A stretch of 64,000 nucleotides of DNA. Source: an uncultured Actinomycetota bacterium. Its GTDB lineage: Bacteria; Actinomycetota; Actinomycetes; JAHEKZ01. Position numbers and translations under genes: made by a program. The notes under the pieces were generated by a model that saw nothing but the letters and a program-made list of their open reading frames with translations, had not been told where the DNA came from and did not search any database. The number at the start of each line of letters is the position of its first letter. Position 1 is the stretch's first letter. Below, one piece after another: positions 1-11,186 of this stretch. The stretch covers positions 128,001 to 192,000 of the forward strand of contig CAVURN010000001.1 in the NCBI GenBank assembly GCA_963743915.1. Direction: 5' to 3'.

Positions 1-2512
1 AGTTCCACAACCCGCTGATCTACGTGCTGCTCGTCGCCGGTGTGGTGACCCTCGCGCTGGGCGAGGTCGTCGAGTCCGTGGTGATCTTCGGCGTGGTGCT
101 CGTCAATGCCGTCGTCGGCTACCTGCAGGAGTCGAAGGCCGAGGCCGCCCTGGACGCGCTGCGTGACATGGTCCGGACAACGACCCACGTCGTGCGCGAC
201 GGCCGGGTGGTGACCCTCGACTCCGAGCACCTGGTGCCGGGCGACCTGGTCCGGGTCGAGGCGGGTGACAAGGTCCCGGCCGACCTGCGGCTGACCCGCG
301 AGAACGACGTCGAGGTGGACGAGTCCGCCCTGACGGGGGAGTCCGTGCCCGTCGTCAAGGACGAGGTCACCCTCAGCGTCGACACGGTCGTGGCGGACCG
401 TCGCAACATGCTGTACTCGGGGACCCTGGTCACCCGCGGCTCGGGCACCGGCGTCGTGGTGGCGACGGGCGCCGCCACCGAGCTGGGCCAGATCCACCGT
501 CTGGTCGGCGCGGTCGACCCGCTGGCCACCCCCCTCACCCGTCGCCTGGCCGACTTCAGCCGGGTCCTGACGGGGATCATCCTCGGCCTCGCGGTCGTCA
601 CCTTCGTGATCGGGATCGCCCGTGGCGAGCCAGGGTCGGACATGTTCACGGCGGCCGTCGCCCTGGCCGTGGGCGCGATCCCCGAGGGGCTGCCCGCCGC
701 GGTGACCATCACGTTGGCGATCGGCGTGGGGCGCATGGCACGCCGTCGCGCCGTCGTGCGCCGGCTGCCCGCGGTCGAGACGCTCGGCAGCACCACGGTC
801 ATCTGTACGGACAAGACCGGCACGCTCACCCAGAACGAGATGACCGTGGTTGAGGTCTGGACCGACGCCGGGACCCATCGGGTGCACGGCGTCGGCTACT
901 CCGCCGACGGCTACCTGGACTCCCCGGCGGGCTACGCATCGACCCCCGAAGGCGTGGGCGCCCTCGCCGCCCTGCTCGAGGCGGGCGTGCTCTGCAGCGA
1001 CGCCCACGTGACGGACGCCGAAGGAACCCGGCACGTGGTCGGCGACCCGACCGAGGCCGCCTTGGTGGTGCTCGCGGAGAAGGCCGGACAGCACCCCGCG
1101 CGTCTTCGGGCGCGCTGGCACCGGTTGGAGGAGATCCCCTTCAGCTCGGAGGAGCAGTCGATGCGGGTCCGGTGCAGCGACGGTGCGCAGGAGCGCGTGC
1201 TCGTCAAGGGCGCCGTCGAGCGCATGGTCGGCCTCTGCGCGGTTCAGCGTGGACCGGAGGGGGAGTTGGTGCCGCTCGACGAGGGCCGCGTCCTGCGGGC
1301 CGCCGAGGACATGGCCGCCAGAGGGCTGCGGGTGCTGGCCGCCGCCGAGGGCGCAGCCCGACGCGCCGGGCCAGCCGCTCGACGAGGTCGGCGGACCTGC
1401 AGCTGCTGGGGCTGGTCGGCATGCAGGACCCGCCGCGTCCTGCGGCGGTGTCGGCGGTCGCCGCCTGCCGGCAGGCGGGCATCGCGGTGAAGATGATCAC
1501 CGGCGACCACCCGGGCACCGCCGTCGCGGTCGCCGCGTCCGTCGGTGTGCTCGACCCCGAGGACGTGGACGCGGTCACTGACCGGGCGCCGAGCTGGCGC
1601 CGTCTGCCGGACGCCGAGCTCGCCGACCGGGTGGACTCCACGAGCGTCTTCGCGCGGGTGTCACCCGAGCAGAAGCTGCGCCTGGTGGAGGCGCTTCAGG
1701 CACACCACCATGTCGTCGCGATGACGGGGGACGGGGTCAATGACGCGCCCGCCCTCCGCCAAGCGGACATCGGGGTCGCCATGGGGCAGGGAGGCACCGA
1801 GGTCGCGAAGGAGGCGTCCGACATGGTGCTCACCGACGACGACTTCGCCACCATCGAGGCTGCCGTGGAGGAAGGCCGCGGGGTCTTCGACAACCTCACC
1901 AAGTTCATCGTCTGGACCTTGCCGACCAACATGGGGGAGGGGCTGGTCGTGCTGGCGGCGATCCTCTTCGGTGCGACGCTGCCGATCCTCCCGGTGCAGA
2001 TCCTCTGGATCAACATGACGACCGCCGTGGCCCTGGGTCTGATGCTGGCCTTCGAGCCGAAGGAGGCCGGGATCATGACGCGTCCCCCGCGGGACCCGCA
2101 GGCTCCACTCCTGAGTCGCGCCCTCGTCGAGCGGATCCTGCTGGTGTCCGCGGTGCTGGTCGGTGGCTCGTGGTGGGTCTTCCAGTGGGAGCTCGCCGAC
2201 GGCTCGTCGGTCGAGGTGGCGCGCACCGCGGCTGTCAACCTCTTCGTCGTGGTCCAGGCCTTCTACCTGATCAACTGCCGCAGCCTCACCTCGTCGGTCT
2301 GGGCGATCGGCTGGCTGAGCAACCGGTGGGTGATCGGTGGACTGGTCGTCCAGGTCGTCGGCCAGGCGGCGCTCACCTACCTGCCCGTGATGCAGACCCT
2401 GTTCGACACCGCTCCGTTGGACGCGGTTGCCTGGCTGCGGATCCTTGCCGTCGGTCTGCTGTCCTGGGTGGTGGTCACGGTCGACAAGTTCGCGCGCCGC
2501 CACCGGTTCTGA
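1..2512 (+). CDS. Cation-transporting P-type ATPase (type IIA, CtpF/PacL-like); 5' end outside window; apparent frameshift near 1350-1400
   Basis: TGES, PEGL, DKTGTLT phosphorylation motif and KGA in ORF 24..1490; DPPR, MITGD, GDGVNDAPAL and C-terminal TM helices in ORF 1172..2512. Confidence 0.92.
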
Positions 2513-2530
2513 GGAGGGGGTCGTTCCCGC

Positions 2531-3772
2531 CTAGTGGGCTTCGAGGGCCTCGCGCATGGCGAGCAGCTTGGTCTGCGACTCCGCGAGCTCCTCCGGCGGG
2601 GGACGAGCCGGCGACCACCCCACACCCGGCGAACATCCGAAGGCTGCGCGGGTCGTCCGGGTCGATCTGCGCGCACCTCAGCGCGATGCCGAACGCGCCG
2701 TCACCGCGTGCGTCGATCCAGCCGACCGGTCCTGCGTAGCGCCCCCGGTCCATGTCCTCGAGCTCGCCGGATCAGCGCGCGGGCGCGGCCGGTGGGCGTG
2801 CCGCACACCGCTGCCGTGGGGTGCAGGGCCGCGGCCAGGTCGAGGGCCGTCTCACCGTTGGCCAGGCGTCCGGTGATGTCGGTCTGCAGGTGCTGGACGT
2901 TGGCGAGGCGGACGACCTCAGGTGCGCGCGGGACGACCAGGTCGGAGCAGAACGGGCCGAGCGAGTCGGCCACCGAGCGGACCGCGTAGTCGTGCTCGAC
3001 CCGGTCCTTGGCGGACGCCAGCAGCTCGGCCGCGTGCTGCGCGTCCACGACCGCGTCGCCGACTGCGGGGGATGGTGCCGGCCAGGACCCGTGACACGAC
3101 GTGGTCGCCCGTGCGCCGGACGAGCAGCTCCGGGGTCGAGCCCACCAGGCCGTCGACGGCAAAGGTCCAGCAACCCGGGTACGCCCGCGCGAGCGGCGTC
3201 AGCAGTGCCCTCGGGTCGATGGGGTCGTGCGCGGTGGCCAGCAGGTCGCGGGCCAGCACCACCTTCTCGAGCGTCCCGGCCTCGATGTGCGCCACCGCGG
3301 CCGCCACGGCCCGCTCATAGGCGGCCGACGAGACGCTGCCGTCGCTGTAGCGCACGTCGCGGATGGGCCGGACCGGACCGGGATCGGGGAGCTCGGCCGT
3401 GGCGTCGCCGACGGTGGTGATCCAGGAAGCACCGTCGCGACGTCCGACCACGACGGAGGGCACCACCACGACCGACTCGGCAGGGCCGTCGTCGAAGGTG
3501 AAGGAGGCGAACGCCACCGGACCGGACCCGGCGACGGCCACCTGGTCGTCGATGTCGAAGGACGCCACCAGCTCGCGCCACCACGCCGCCGCCTCGGCAA
3601 AGCGGTGAGGACCGCGGAGCGTGAGCCGGGCAGCCTCTCCCCACGCGGCGAAGCCGTCGGTGCCTCGGGTCCAGGCAACAGATCCGCTGGCGGGAAGGGT
3701 GCTCAGCAGGGGCCCGGGGTCGGAGATGGGGAGGGAGCGCACGGCTGTGCGGGTGCGGGCCGTGGTGCTCAC
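2531..3772 (-). CDS. menF: Isochorismate synthase (menaquinone pathway), split by frameshifts
   Basis: [65 protein letters not shown] spread over several frames; adjacent to menG. Confidence 0.85.
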
Positions 3773-3856
3773 AGTGCCCAAGCCTATGCCCGTCGGGGCT
3801 GCTGGGCTCGCCGGGCCGCCGTGCGGCACCAGGCCTGGGCGCGGCAGACTCCTGCC

Positions 3857-4552
3857 GTGACCAGGGCCGACCTCGACAAGCAGCCGCGCGACGTGGCGAG
3901 CATGTTCGACGACGTGGCGTCCCGCTACGACCTGACCAACGACGTGCTGTCGCTGGGGCAGGACCGGCGCTGGCGCTCAGCTGTCGTCGATGCGGTCGAC
4001 CCCCGTCCCGGAGAGCGGGTGCTCGACCTCGCGGCGGGGACGGGCACCTCGTCGGCCCCGTTCGCCGACCGCGGCGCCTTCGTGGTGCCGTGCGACTTCT
4101 CGCAGGGGATGCTCTCCGTCGGCAAGCAACGGCGTCCTGCAGCTGCCGTTCGTCGCAGGCGACGGGCTTCGTCTGCCGTTCGCCGACGGCACCTTCGACG
4201 CGGTCACCATCTCGTTCGGCCTCCGCAACCTGCACGACACCGAGCGCGGCCTTCGTGAGCTGCTGCGGGTCACGCGTCCCGGCGGGCAGGCTGCGTCGTC
4301 TGCGAGTTCAGCCATCCGACCTGGGCCCCGTTCCGCACGGTGTACACCGAGTACCTCATGCGCGCACTGCCGTCGGTGGCGCGTGCGGTGTCCAGCAACC
4401 CCGACGCGTACGTCTACCTGGCTGAGTCGATCCGTGCCTGGCCCGACCAGCAGGCCCTGTGCCGCGTGCTCGCCTCGGTGGGATGGGGCGCGGTCGCGTG
4501 GCGCGACCTGTCGGGGGGCATCGTGGCCCTGCACCGCGCCACCCGCCCCTGA
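3857..4552 (+). CDS. menG: Demethylmenaquinone methyltransferase (UbiE/MenG), frameshifted
   Basis: [48 protein letters not shown] motif, [23 protein letters not shown]. Confidence 0.92.
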
Positions 4553-4690
4553 GCCGTGGGACGTCGGACTCGAGAGTCTTCGGATCATCGAATGGCCGGC
4601 TGTCCGCACCGAGGGCTCGGACCGCTCTGCGTCCACACCGAGGGCTTTCGGGCTGCGCCGGTGCGTTGTCGGAATCTGGAGCGCCCCAAC

Positions 4691-4722
4691 TACACTGGCG
4701 CGGCTCGTGAACAGATTCACAA
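4691..4722 (+). promoter_or_regulatory. -10 element (TACACT) followed by a Rex-type operator TCGTGAACAGATTCACAA
   Basis: 4705-4722 matches TTGTGAA-N4-TTCACAA with one mismatch; directly upstream of menJ-nuo genes. Confidence 0.8.
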
Positions 4723-4746
4723 GTCTCCGCTCGCCGAGGACTCCGC

Positions 4747-6042
4747 GTGAACCAGGCCCCACGGACCGCCCGCCAACGACCGCAGCGCCGACGTCATCGT
4801 CGTCGGAGCAGGTCCTGCCGGCTCCACCACGGCCTACCACCTCGCGCAGGCCGGCCTCGACGTGCTGCTGCTCGAGAAGACCGCCTTTCCTCGCGAGAAG
4901 GTCTGCGGTGACGGCCTGACGCCGCGGGCCGTCAAGCAGCTGCTCGCGATGGGCATCGAGCCGGATGCCGCCGACGGCTGGATCCGCAACCACGGGCTCC
5001 GCATCATCGGCGGCGGCATGCGCCTGGAGCTGCCGTGGCCCGACCTCGCGAGCTTCCCGAACTACGGCCTGGTCCGCACGCGCGAGGACTTCGACGAGAT
5101 CCTGGCGCACCAGGCGCAGAAGGCCGGCGCGCGTCTGCACGAGCGCACCACGGTCACCGGTCCGCTGCTGGACGCACGTGGGCCGGATCGTCGGCGTCAC
5201 CGCCCGGGCGATCGGACGCCGACGGCAGCGACGCCGACGAGGTCGAGATCCGAGCTCCGCTCGTCGTGGCCGCGGACGGCAACTCCACCCGGCTCTCGCT
5301 GGCGATGGGGCTGCGCAAGCGGGACGACCGCCCGATGGGCGTCGCGGTGCGCACGTACTACACGAGCCCGCGCACCGACGACGACTGGCTGGAGTCGTGG
5401 TTGGAGCTGTGGGACGGTGACCGGCTGCTTCCCGGTTACGGGTGGATCTTCGGGGTGGGCGACGGCACCGTGAATGCCGGCCTCGGCATCCTCAACTCCT
5501 CCGCGGCCTTCGGCAAGGTCGACTACCGCGACCTCCTGCGCCGTTGGCTCGACACCACGCCCGAGGAGTGGGGCTTCCGCGAGGCCAACCGCACCCAGCC
5601 GATCCGGGGCGCCGCGCTGCCCATGGGCTTCAACCGGACCCCGCACTACACCCGCGGCCTGCTCCTGGTCGGGGACGCCGGCGGCATGGTCAACCCGTTC
5701 AACGGTGAGGGCATCGCCTACGCGATGGAGTCGGGCGCCATGGCGGCGGAGACCATCGTCCAGGCACTCGGACGCCCCACGGCACCCGCGCAGGAGCGCG
5801 CGCTCGAGGCCTATCCCGCGGCGCTGAAGGACACCTACGGCGGCTACTACACGCTCGGTCGCGTCTTCGTGAAGCTCATCGGCAACCCCAAGGTCATGAA
5901 GCTCGCTACCCGGCACGGTCTGCCACACCCGACGCTCATGCGCTTCACCCTGAAGCTGCTCGCCAACCTCACCGACCCGCGCGAGGGGGACGCCATGGAC
6001 AAGGTGATCAACGCCCTCACGAAGGTGGCTCCGGCGGCGTGA
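4747..6042 (+). CDS. menJ: Geranylgeranyl reductase family protein (MenJ-like menaquinone side-chain reductase), frameshifted
   Basis: [16 protein letters not shown] motif, [45 protein letters not shown]; GAGGA RBS before GTG 4747. Confidence 0.85.
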
Positions 6043-6151
6043 CCTGCGCCTGCCACCCCACCCTGGCCCTCCTGCCGAGCGGTCCTAGGATGATCGGCGG
6101 TCCGCAGCCTCCTGCCCGGACCGTCGCAGGACACGAAGGGAGGGGCCCGGA

Positions 6152-6511
6152 GTGAACCCGATCGTCCCGATCCTCTTCCTCGGTCTCGTCGCCTTCGGCT
6201 TCGCGGCCTTCTCGATCGTCGCGGGGTCGCTGTCCGGGCCGCGACGGTACAACCGGACCAAGCTGGACGCCTACGAGTGCGGCATCGAGCCCACGCCGCA
6301 GCCCATCGGTGGCGGGCGCTTCCCGGTGAAGTACTACCTCACCGCCATGCTGTTCATCCTGTTCGACATCGAGATCGTCTTCCTCTACCCCTGGGCGGTC
6401 GCCTTCGACCGGCTGGCGCTGTTCGGCCTGATCGAGATGCTGCTGTTCATCGCGACGCTGGGCGTCGCCTACGCGTACGTGTGGCGACGAGGGGGACTCG
6501 AATGGGACTAG
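6152..6511 (+). CDS. nuoA: NADH-quinone oxidoreductase subunit A
   Basis: YECG, FDIEIVFLYPWA, 3 TM helices. Confidence 0.97.
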   Translation: MNPIVPILFLGLVAFGFAAFSIVAGSLSGPRRYNRTKLDAYECGIEPTPQPIGGGRFPVKYYLTAMLFILFDIEIVFLYPWAVAFDRLALFGLIEMLLFIATLGVAYAYVWRRGGLEWD

Positions 6512-6535
6512 GGCATCAGAGCGGGAGGTCGGCAC

Positions 6536-7090
6536 ATGGGACTTGAGGAACAGCTGCCGAGCGGCATCCTGCTCACCACCGTCGAGAAGTTCGCCGGGTG
6601 GGCACGGGCGGGATCCTTGTGGCCGGCCACCTTCGGGCTCGCCTGCTGCGCGATCGAGATGATGGCCAGCGGTGCGGGTCGCTACGACCTCGCCCGCTTC
6701 GGTATGGAGGTCTTCCGTGCCTCACCCCGACAGGCCGACCTGATGATCGTGGCCGGCCGGGTCAGCCAGAAGATGGCGCCGGTGCTGCGGCAGATCTACG
6801 ACCAGATGGCCGAGCCCAAGTGGGTCCTGTCGATGGGGGTCTGCGCCTCCAGCGGCGGCATGTTCAACAACTACGCGATCGTCCAGGGCGTCGACCACAT
6901 CGTCCCCGTCGACATCTACCTGCACGGCTGCCCGCCCCGGCCGGAGATGCTGATGGACGCCATCCTCAAGCTCCACGAGCAGATCAAGAACGACAAGCTC
7001 GGGGCGCAGCGGGTCGAGCTCCAGCGCGAGCTCGAGGCGTCTGCGCTGACGGCCGTGCCGACCAGCGAGATGAAGGGGCTGCTCCGGTGA
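6536..7090 (+). CDS. nuoB: NADH-quinone oxidoreductase subunit B
   Basis: [33 protein letters not shown]. Confidence 0.97.
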   Translation: MGLEEQLPSGILLTTVEKFAGWARAGSLWPATFGLACCAIEMMASGAGRYDLARFGMEVFRASPRQADLMIVAGRVSQKMAPVLRQIYDQMAEPKWVLSMGVCASSGGMFNNYAIVQGVDHIVPVDIYLHGCPPRPEMLMDAILKLHEQIKNDKLGAQRVELQRELEASALTAVPTSEMKGLLR

Positions 7091-7785
7091 CCGAACCGAC
7101 CCCCGGACCCGAGGTAGTCCCCGCCGACGTCGCCTCCCTCGACGTCGTCGACGTGCGTGCCGGCATGTTCGGTGCGCAGGACGGCGGCGACACCAGTGGC
7201 TTCGGTGGACTCGTACGAGCCGTGTCGGTCGCGCCCGCGGCCAGCCGCCCCTACGGGGGGTGGTTCGACGAGGCGGTGGACGCACTCGAGCGTGCCTACC
7301 CGCACTTCGCCGATGCGATCGAGAAGGTCGTCGTGGAGCACGGCGAGCTGACTCTGCACATCCGCCGCGAGCGGTTGGTCGAGGTCGCGCAGATCCTGCG
7401 CGACGACGCCGCTCTGCGGTTCGAGATGTGCCTGGGGGTCAGCGGTGTTCACTGGCCCGGGGACTCGGGGCGTGAGCTCCACGCCGTCTACCCGCTCCTG
7501 TCGTACACCCACAACCGACGCATCGCGCTCGAGGTCTCGTGCCCGGACGCCGACCCGCACATCCCCTCGCTGTTCTCGGTGTACCCCGCCAACGACTGGC
7601 ACGAGCGTGAGACGTACGACTTCTTCGGGATCATCTTCGACGGGCACCCGTCGCTGACCCGGATCGAGATGCCGGACGACTGGCCGGGTCACCCGCAGCG
7701 CAAGGACTACGACCTCGGGGGCATCCCGGTGGAGTACAAGGGCGCCCAGATCGACCCGCCGCAGGAGCGGAGGCACTACTCATGA
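7087..7785 (+). CDS. nuoC: NADH-quinone oxidoreductase subunit C
   Basis: [26 protein letters not shown]; GTG overlaps nuoB stop. Confidence 0.95.
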   Translation: MTEPTPGPEVVPADVASLDVVDVRAGMFGAQDGGDTSGFGGLVRAVSVAPAASRPYGGWFDEAVDALERAYPHFADAIEKVVVEHGELTLHIRRERLVEVAQILRDDAALRFEMCLGVSGVHWPGDSGRELHAVYPLLSYTHNRRIALEVSCPDADPHIPSLFSVYPANDWHERETYDFFGIIFDGHPSLTRIEMPDDWPGHPQRKDYDLGGIPVEYKGAQIDPPQERRHYS

Positions 7786-9159
7786 CGACCGGGCCGTACG
7801 ACACCGTCACCGACGAGGCACCCTCGGCCTCCACCGACCCCTACGCCGACTCCCGGGAGACCACCGAAGGGCGCGTGTACACCGTCAGCGGTGGCGACTG
7901 GGACGCCTTCGCGGCCGAGGCCGCAGAGCTCGCCGAGGGACAGCTGGTCGTCAACATGGGGCCCCAGCACCCCTCGACCCACGGCGTGCTCCGCCTCATC
8001 CTGCAGCTCGAGGGCGAGACGGTCACCGACACCCGCTGCGGCATCGGCTACCTGCACACCGGCATCGAGAAGTCCGCCGAGTTCCGCACCTGGACGCAGG
8101 GCGTCACCTTCGTGACGCGCATGGACTATCTGGCCCCGATCTTCAACGAGACCGCCTACTGCATGGGCGTCGAGCGGCTGCTCGGCATCACCGACGACGT
8201 TCCCGAGCGCGCCCAGCTGATCCGGGTGCTCATGATGGAGCTCAACCGGATCTCCTCACACCTGGTGTGCATCGCCACCGGTGGCATGGAGATCGGTGCG
8301 CTCACCGTGATGACGATCGGGTTCCGTGAGCGCGAGCTCGTGCTCGACGTCCTCGAGCTCGTGAGCGGCCTGCGCATGAACCACGCCTACGTCCGCCCCG
8401 GCGGTGTGGCCAACGACCTGCCCGAGGGCGGCATCGAGAAGATTCGCGACTTCCACAAGCTCATGGGCAAGCGGATCTACGACTACATCAAGCTCTGCAA
8501 CGAGAACCCCATCTTCAAAGGCCGCCTGGTCGATGTCGGCTACCTCGACCTGGCCGGCTGCATGGCGCTGGGCATCACCGGCCCGATCCTGCGGTCCACC
8601 GGACTGCCGTGGGACCTGCGCAAGACCCAGCCCTACCTCGGGTACGAGACCTTCGACTTCGAGGTCCCGACCTGGGACACCTGCGACGCCTACGGCCGGT
8701 TCCGGATCCGGCTCGACGAGATGGTCGAGTCGTTGCGGATCATCGAGCAGGCCCTCGACCGGCTCGAGCAGACTCCGGGTCCGGTCATGGTCGACGACCC
8801 CAAGATCGGCTGGCCTGCCCAGCTGTCGATCGGCACCGATGGGCAGGGCAACAGCCGGGCGCACATCAACAAGATCATGAACGAGTCGATGGAAGCCCTG
8901 ATCCACCACTTCAAGCTCGTGACCGAGGGCTTTCCCACCCCCACCGGTCAGGTGTACAGCCCGGTGGAGTCGCCCCGAGGCGAGCTCGGCCGCCGTCCTC
9001 ACCAGCGATGGAGGCACCCGTCCGTACCGCGTGCACATGCGCGACCCCTCGTTCAACAACCTTCAGGCGGTCGGAGCCATGTGCGCAGGCGCGCAGGTGG
9101 CCGACGTCATCGTGGCCGTCGCGTCGATCGACCCCGTCATGGGTGGCGTGGACCGCTGA
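7782..9159 (+). CDS. nuoD: NADH-quinone oxidoreductase subunit D (frameshift near 8990)
   Basis: [36 protein letters not shown]; C-terminus [10 protein letters not shown] in a shifted frame. Confidence 0.95.
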
Positions 9160-9187
9160 CCGGCAGACAACGGACCTAAGGACACCC

Positions 9188-9883
9188 ATGGCGATCTCAG
9201 ACACCACCCGTAGCCAGATGCGCGAGGTGCTCGACCGCTATCCGCAGAAGCGGTCGGCGCTGATGCCGCTGCTCCACCTGGTGCAGGCGGATGAGGGCCA
9301 CATCAGCCCGGAGGGGTTGCGTGAGGTGGCCGACCTCATCGACCTCACCGAGGCCGAGGTCACGGCGGTGGCCACCTTCTACACGATGTACCTGAGGCGG
9401 GCGAGCGGTCGCGTGCGCGTGGGCGTCTGCGTCAACTCACTCTGTGCCGTGCTCGGCGGCGACGAGATCTGGGACGCGCTCGTCGACCACTGTGGAGTGG
9501 GCAACCACGAAACCACCGAGGACGGTGCGGTCACGCTGGAGCGCATCGAGTGCCAGGCGGCCTGCACCCACGCGCCGGTGATGACCGCCAACTGGGAGTT
9601 CCTCGATGACATGACAGTGGCCAAGGCCAAGCAGGTCGTGGACGACGTGCGTGCCGGTCGTCCTGTGCAGAGCACCCGTGGCCCGGTCGTGCGTACGTTC
9701 GCCGAGGCGGAGCGGACCATCGCGGGAGTCGACGACGGGCTCACCGCCGATGGTGACCACCGTGACGACCGCACGCTGGTGGGGCTCCGTCTGGCCCAGT
9801 CCAACGGCGACCTCCAGCGCAGCGACGAGGCCCAGGCCGCGGCTGCGCAGCGTCGATCCGGTGCGACTACGGAGGGACACTGA
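9188..9883 (+). CDS. nuoE: NADH-quinone oxidoreductase subunit E
   Basis: RSALMPLLHLVQ, VATFYTMY, 2Fe-2S cysteines CVNSLC...CQAAC. Confidence 0.95.
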   Translation: MAISDTTRSQMREVLDRYPQKRSALMPLLHLVQADEGHISPEGLREVADLIDLTEAEVTAVATFYTMYLRRASGRVRVGVCVNSLCAVLGGDEIWDALVDHCGVGNHETTEDGAVTLERIECQAACTHAPVMTANWEFLDDMTVAKAKQVVDDVRAGRPVQSTRGPVVRTFAEAERTIAGVDDGLTADGDHRDDRTLVGLRLAQSNGDLQRSDEAQAAAAQRRSGATTEGH

Positions 9884-9884
9884 C

Positions 9885-11186
9885 ATGCCGCTCACTCCCG
9901 TGCTGTCCGCCCACTGGGACGAAGCCGACTCGTACACGATCGACGGGTACCGCAGGCACGGCGGGTACGACGCCTTGCGCTCGGCGCTGGTCCTGCAGCC
10001 CGACGACCTGATCCAGCTGGTCAAGGACTCCGGCCTCCGCGGGCGCGGAGGCGCAGGCTTCCCCACGGGCATGAAATGGGGCTTTGTCCCGCAGGGTGAC
10101 GGCAAGCCGCACTACCTCGTCGTCAACGCCGACGAGTCCGAGCCGGGCGCGTGCAAGGACGTCCCCCTCATGCTCGCCAACCCGCACGCGCTCGTGGAGG
10201 GCGTGGTCATCGCGTCCTACGCGATCCGCGCCAACCATGCGTTCATCTACATCCGGGGTGAGGTCCCGCACGCGATCCGACGCGTCAACGCCGCGGTGCG
10301 TGAGGCCTACGCCGCCGGCTTCGTCGGAAGCAACGTCCTCGGCTCCGGATTCGACCTCGAGATCACCGTGCACGCCGGCGCGGGGGCCTACATCTGCGGC
10401 GAGGAGACCGCGCTCCTCGACTCCCTCGAAGGATTCCGCGGACAGCCGCGCCTCAAGCCCCCGTTCCCGGCGGTGGCGGGACTGTACGCGTCGCCGACCG
10501 TCGTCAACAACGTCGAGACCATCGCCACCGTGCCGTACATCGTCAACAACGGCGCCGACTGGTACACGTCGTACGGCAGCGAGAAGTCGCCAGGAGTCAA
10601 GCTTTTCGCGGTCAGTGGCCACGTGGAGCGTCCAGGCATCTATGAGGCTCCCATGGGCACCACCATGCGTGAGCTCCTCGAGTGGGCCGGTGGCGTCCGT
10701 GAGGGACGTCGGCTGAAGTTCTGGGTTCCGGGCGGCTCGAGCGTCCCGCTGCTCACCGAGGAGCACCTCGACGTGCCTTACACGTACGAGGACATCGCTG
10801 CTGCCGGCTCGATGCTCGGCACCGGAACACCGATGGTGTTCGACGAGACCACCAGCGTCACGCGCGCAGTGACCCGGTGGCTGGAGTTCTACAAGCACGA
10901 GTCCTGCGGCAAGTGCACTCCCTGCCGCGAGGGGACGTACTGGCTGGTCGACCTGCTTCGGCGGCTCGAGCAGGGAACGGGCAACGACGACGACATCACG
11001 CGCATCAACGAGGTGTCGGCCCAGATCGCGGGGCGCTCCTTCTGCGCGTTGGGCGACGCAGCCGCCACGCCCTTCCCCGGCGCGATGAAGTACTTCGCAG
11101 ACGAGATCGCGCTCGGCACCCACACCGCCGCCCGTGAGCTCTACGACCCGGTCGCTGCCACGGTCTTCTCGGGGGTGAGTGCCTGA
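9885..11186 (+). CDS. nuoF: NADH-quinone oxidoreductase subunit F
   Basis: SGLRGRGGAGFPTGMKW, NADESEPG, GAGAYICGEET, ESCGKCTPCREG. Confidence 0.97.
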   Translation: MPLTPVLSAHWDEADSYTIDGYRRHGGYDALRSALVLQPDDLIQLVKDSGLRGRGGAGFPTGMKWGFVPQGDGKPHYLVVNADESEPGACKDVPLMLANPHALVEGVVIASYAIRANHAFIYIRGEVPHAIRRVNAAVREAYAAGFVGSNVLGSGFDLEITVHAGAGAYICGEETALLDSLEGFRGQPRLKPPFPAVAGLYASPTVVNNVETIATVPYIVNNGADWYTSYGSEKSPGVKLFAVSGHVERPGIYEAPMGTTMRELLEWAGGVREGRRLKFWVPGGSSVPLLTEEHLDVPYTYEDIAAAGSMLGTGTPMVFDETTSVTRAVTRWLEFYKHESCGKCTPCREGTYWLVDLLRRLEQGTGNDDDITRINEVSAQIAGRSFCALGDAAATPFPGAMKYFADEIALGTHTAARELYDPVAATVFSGVSA

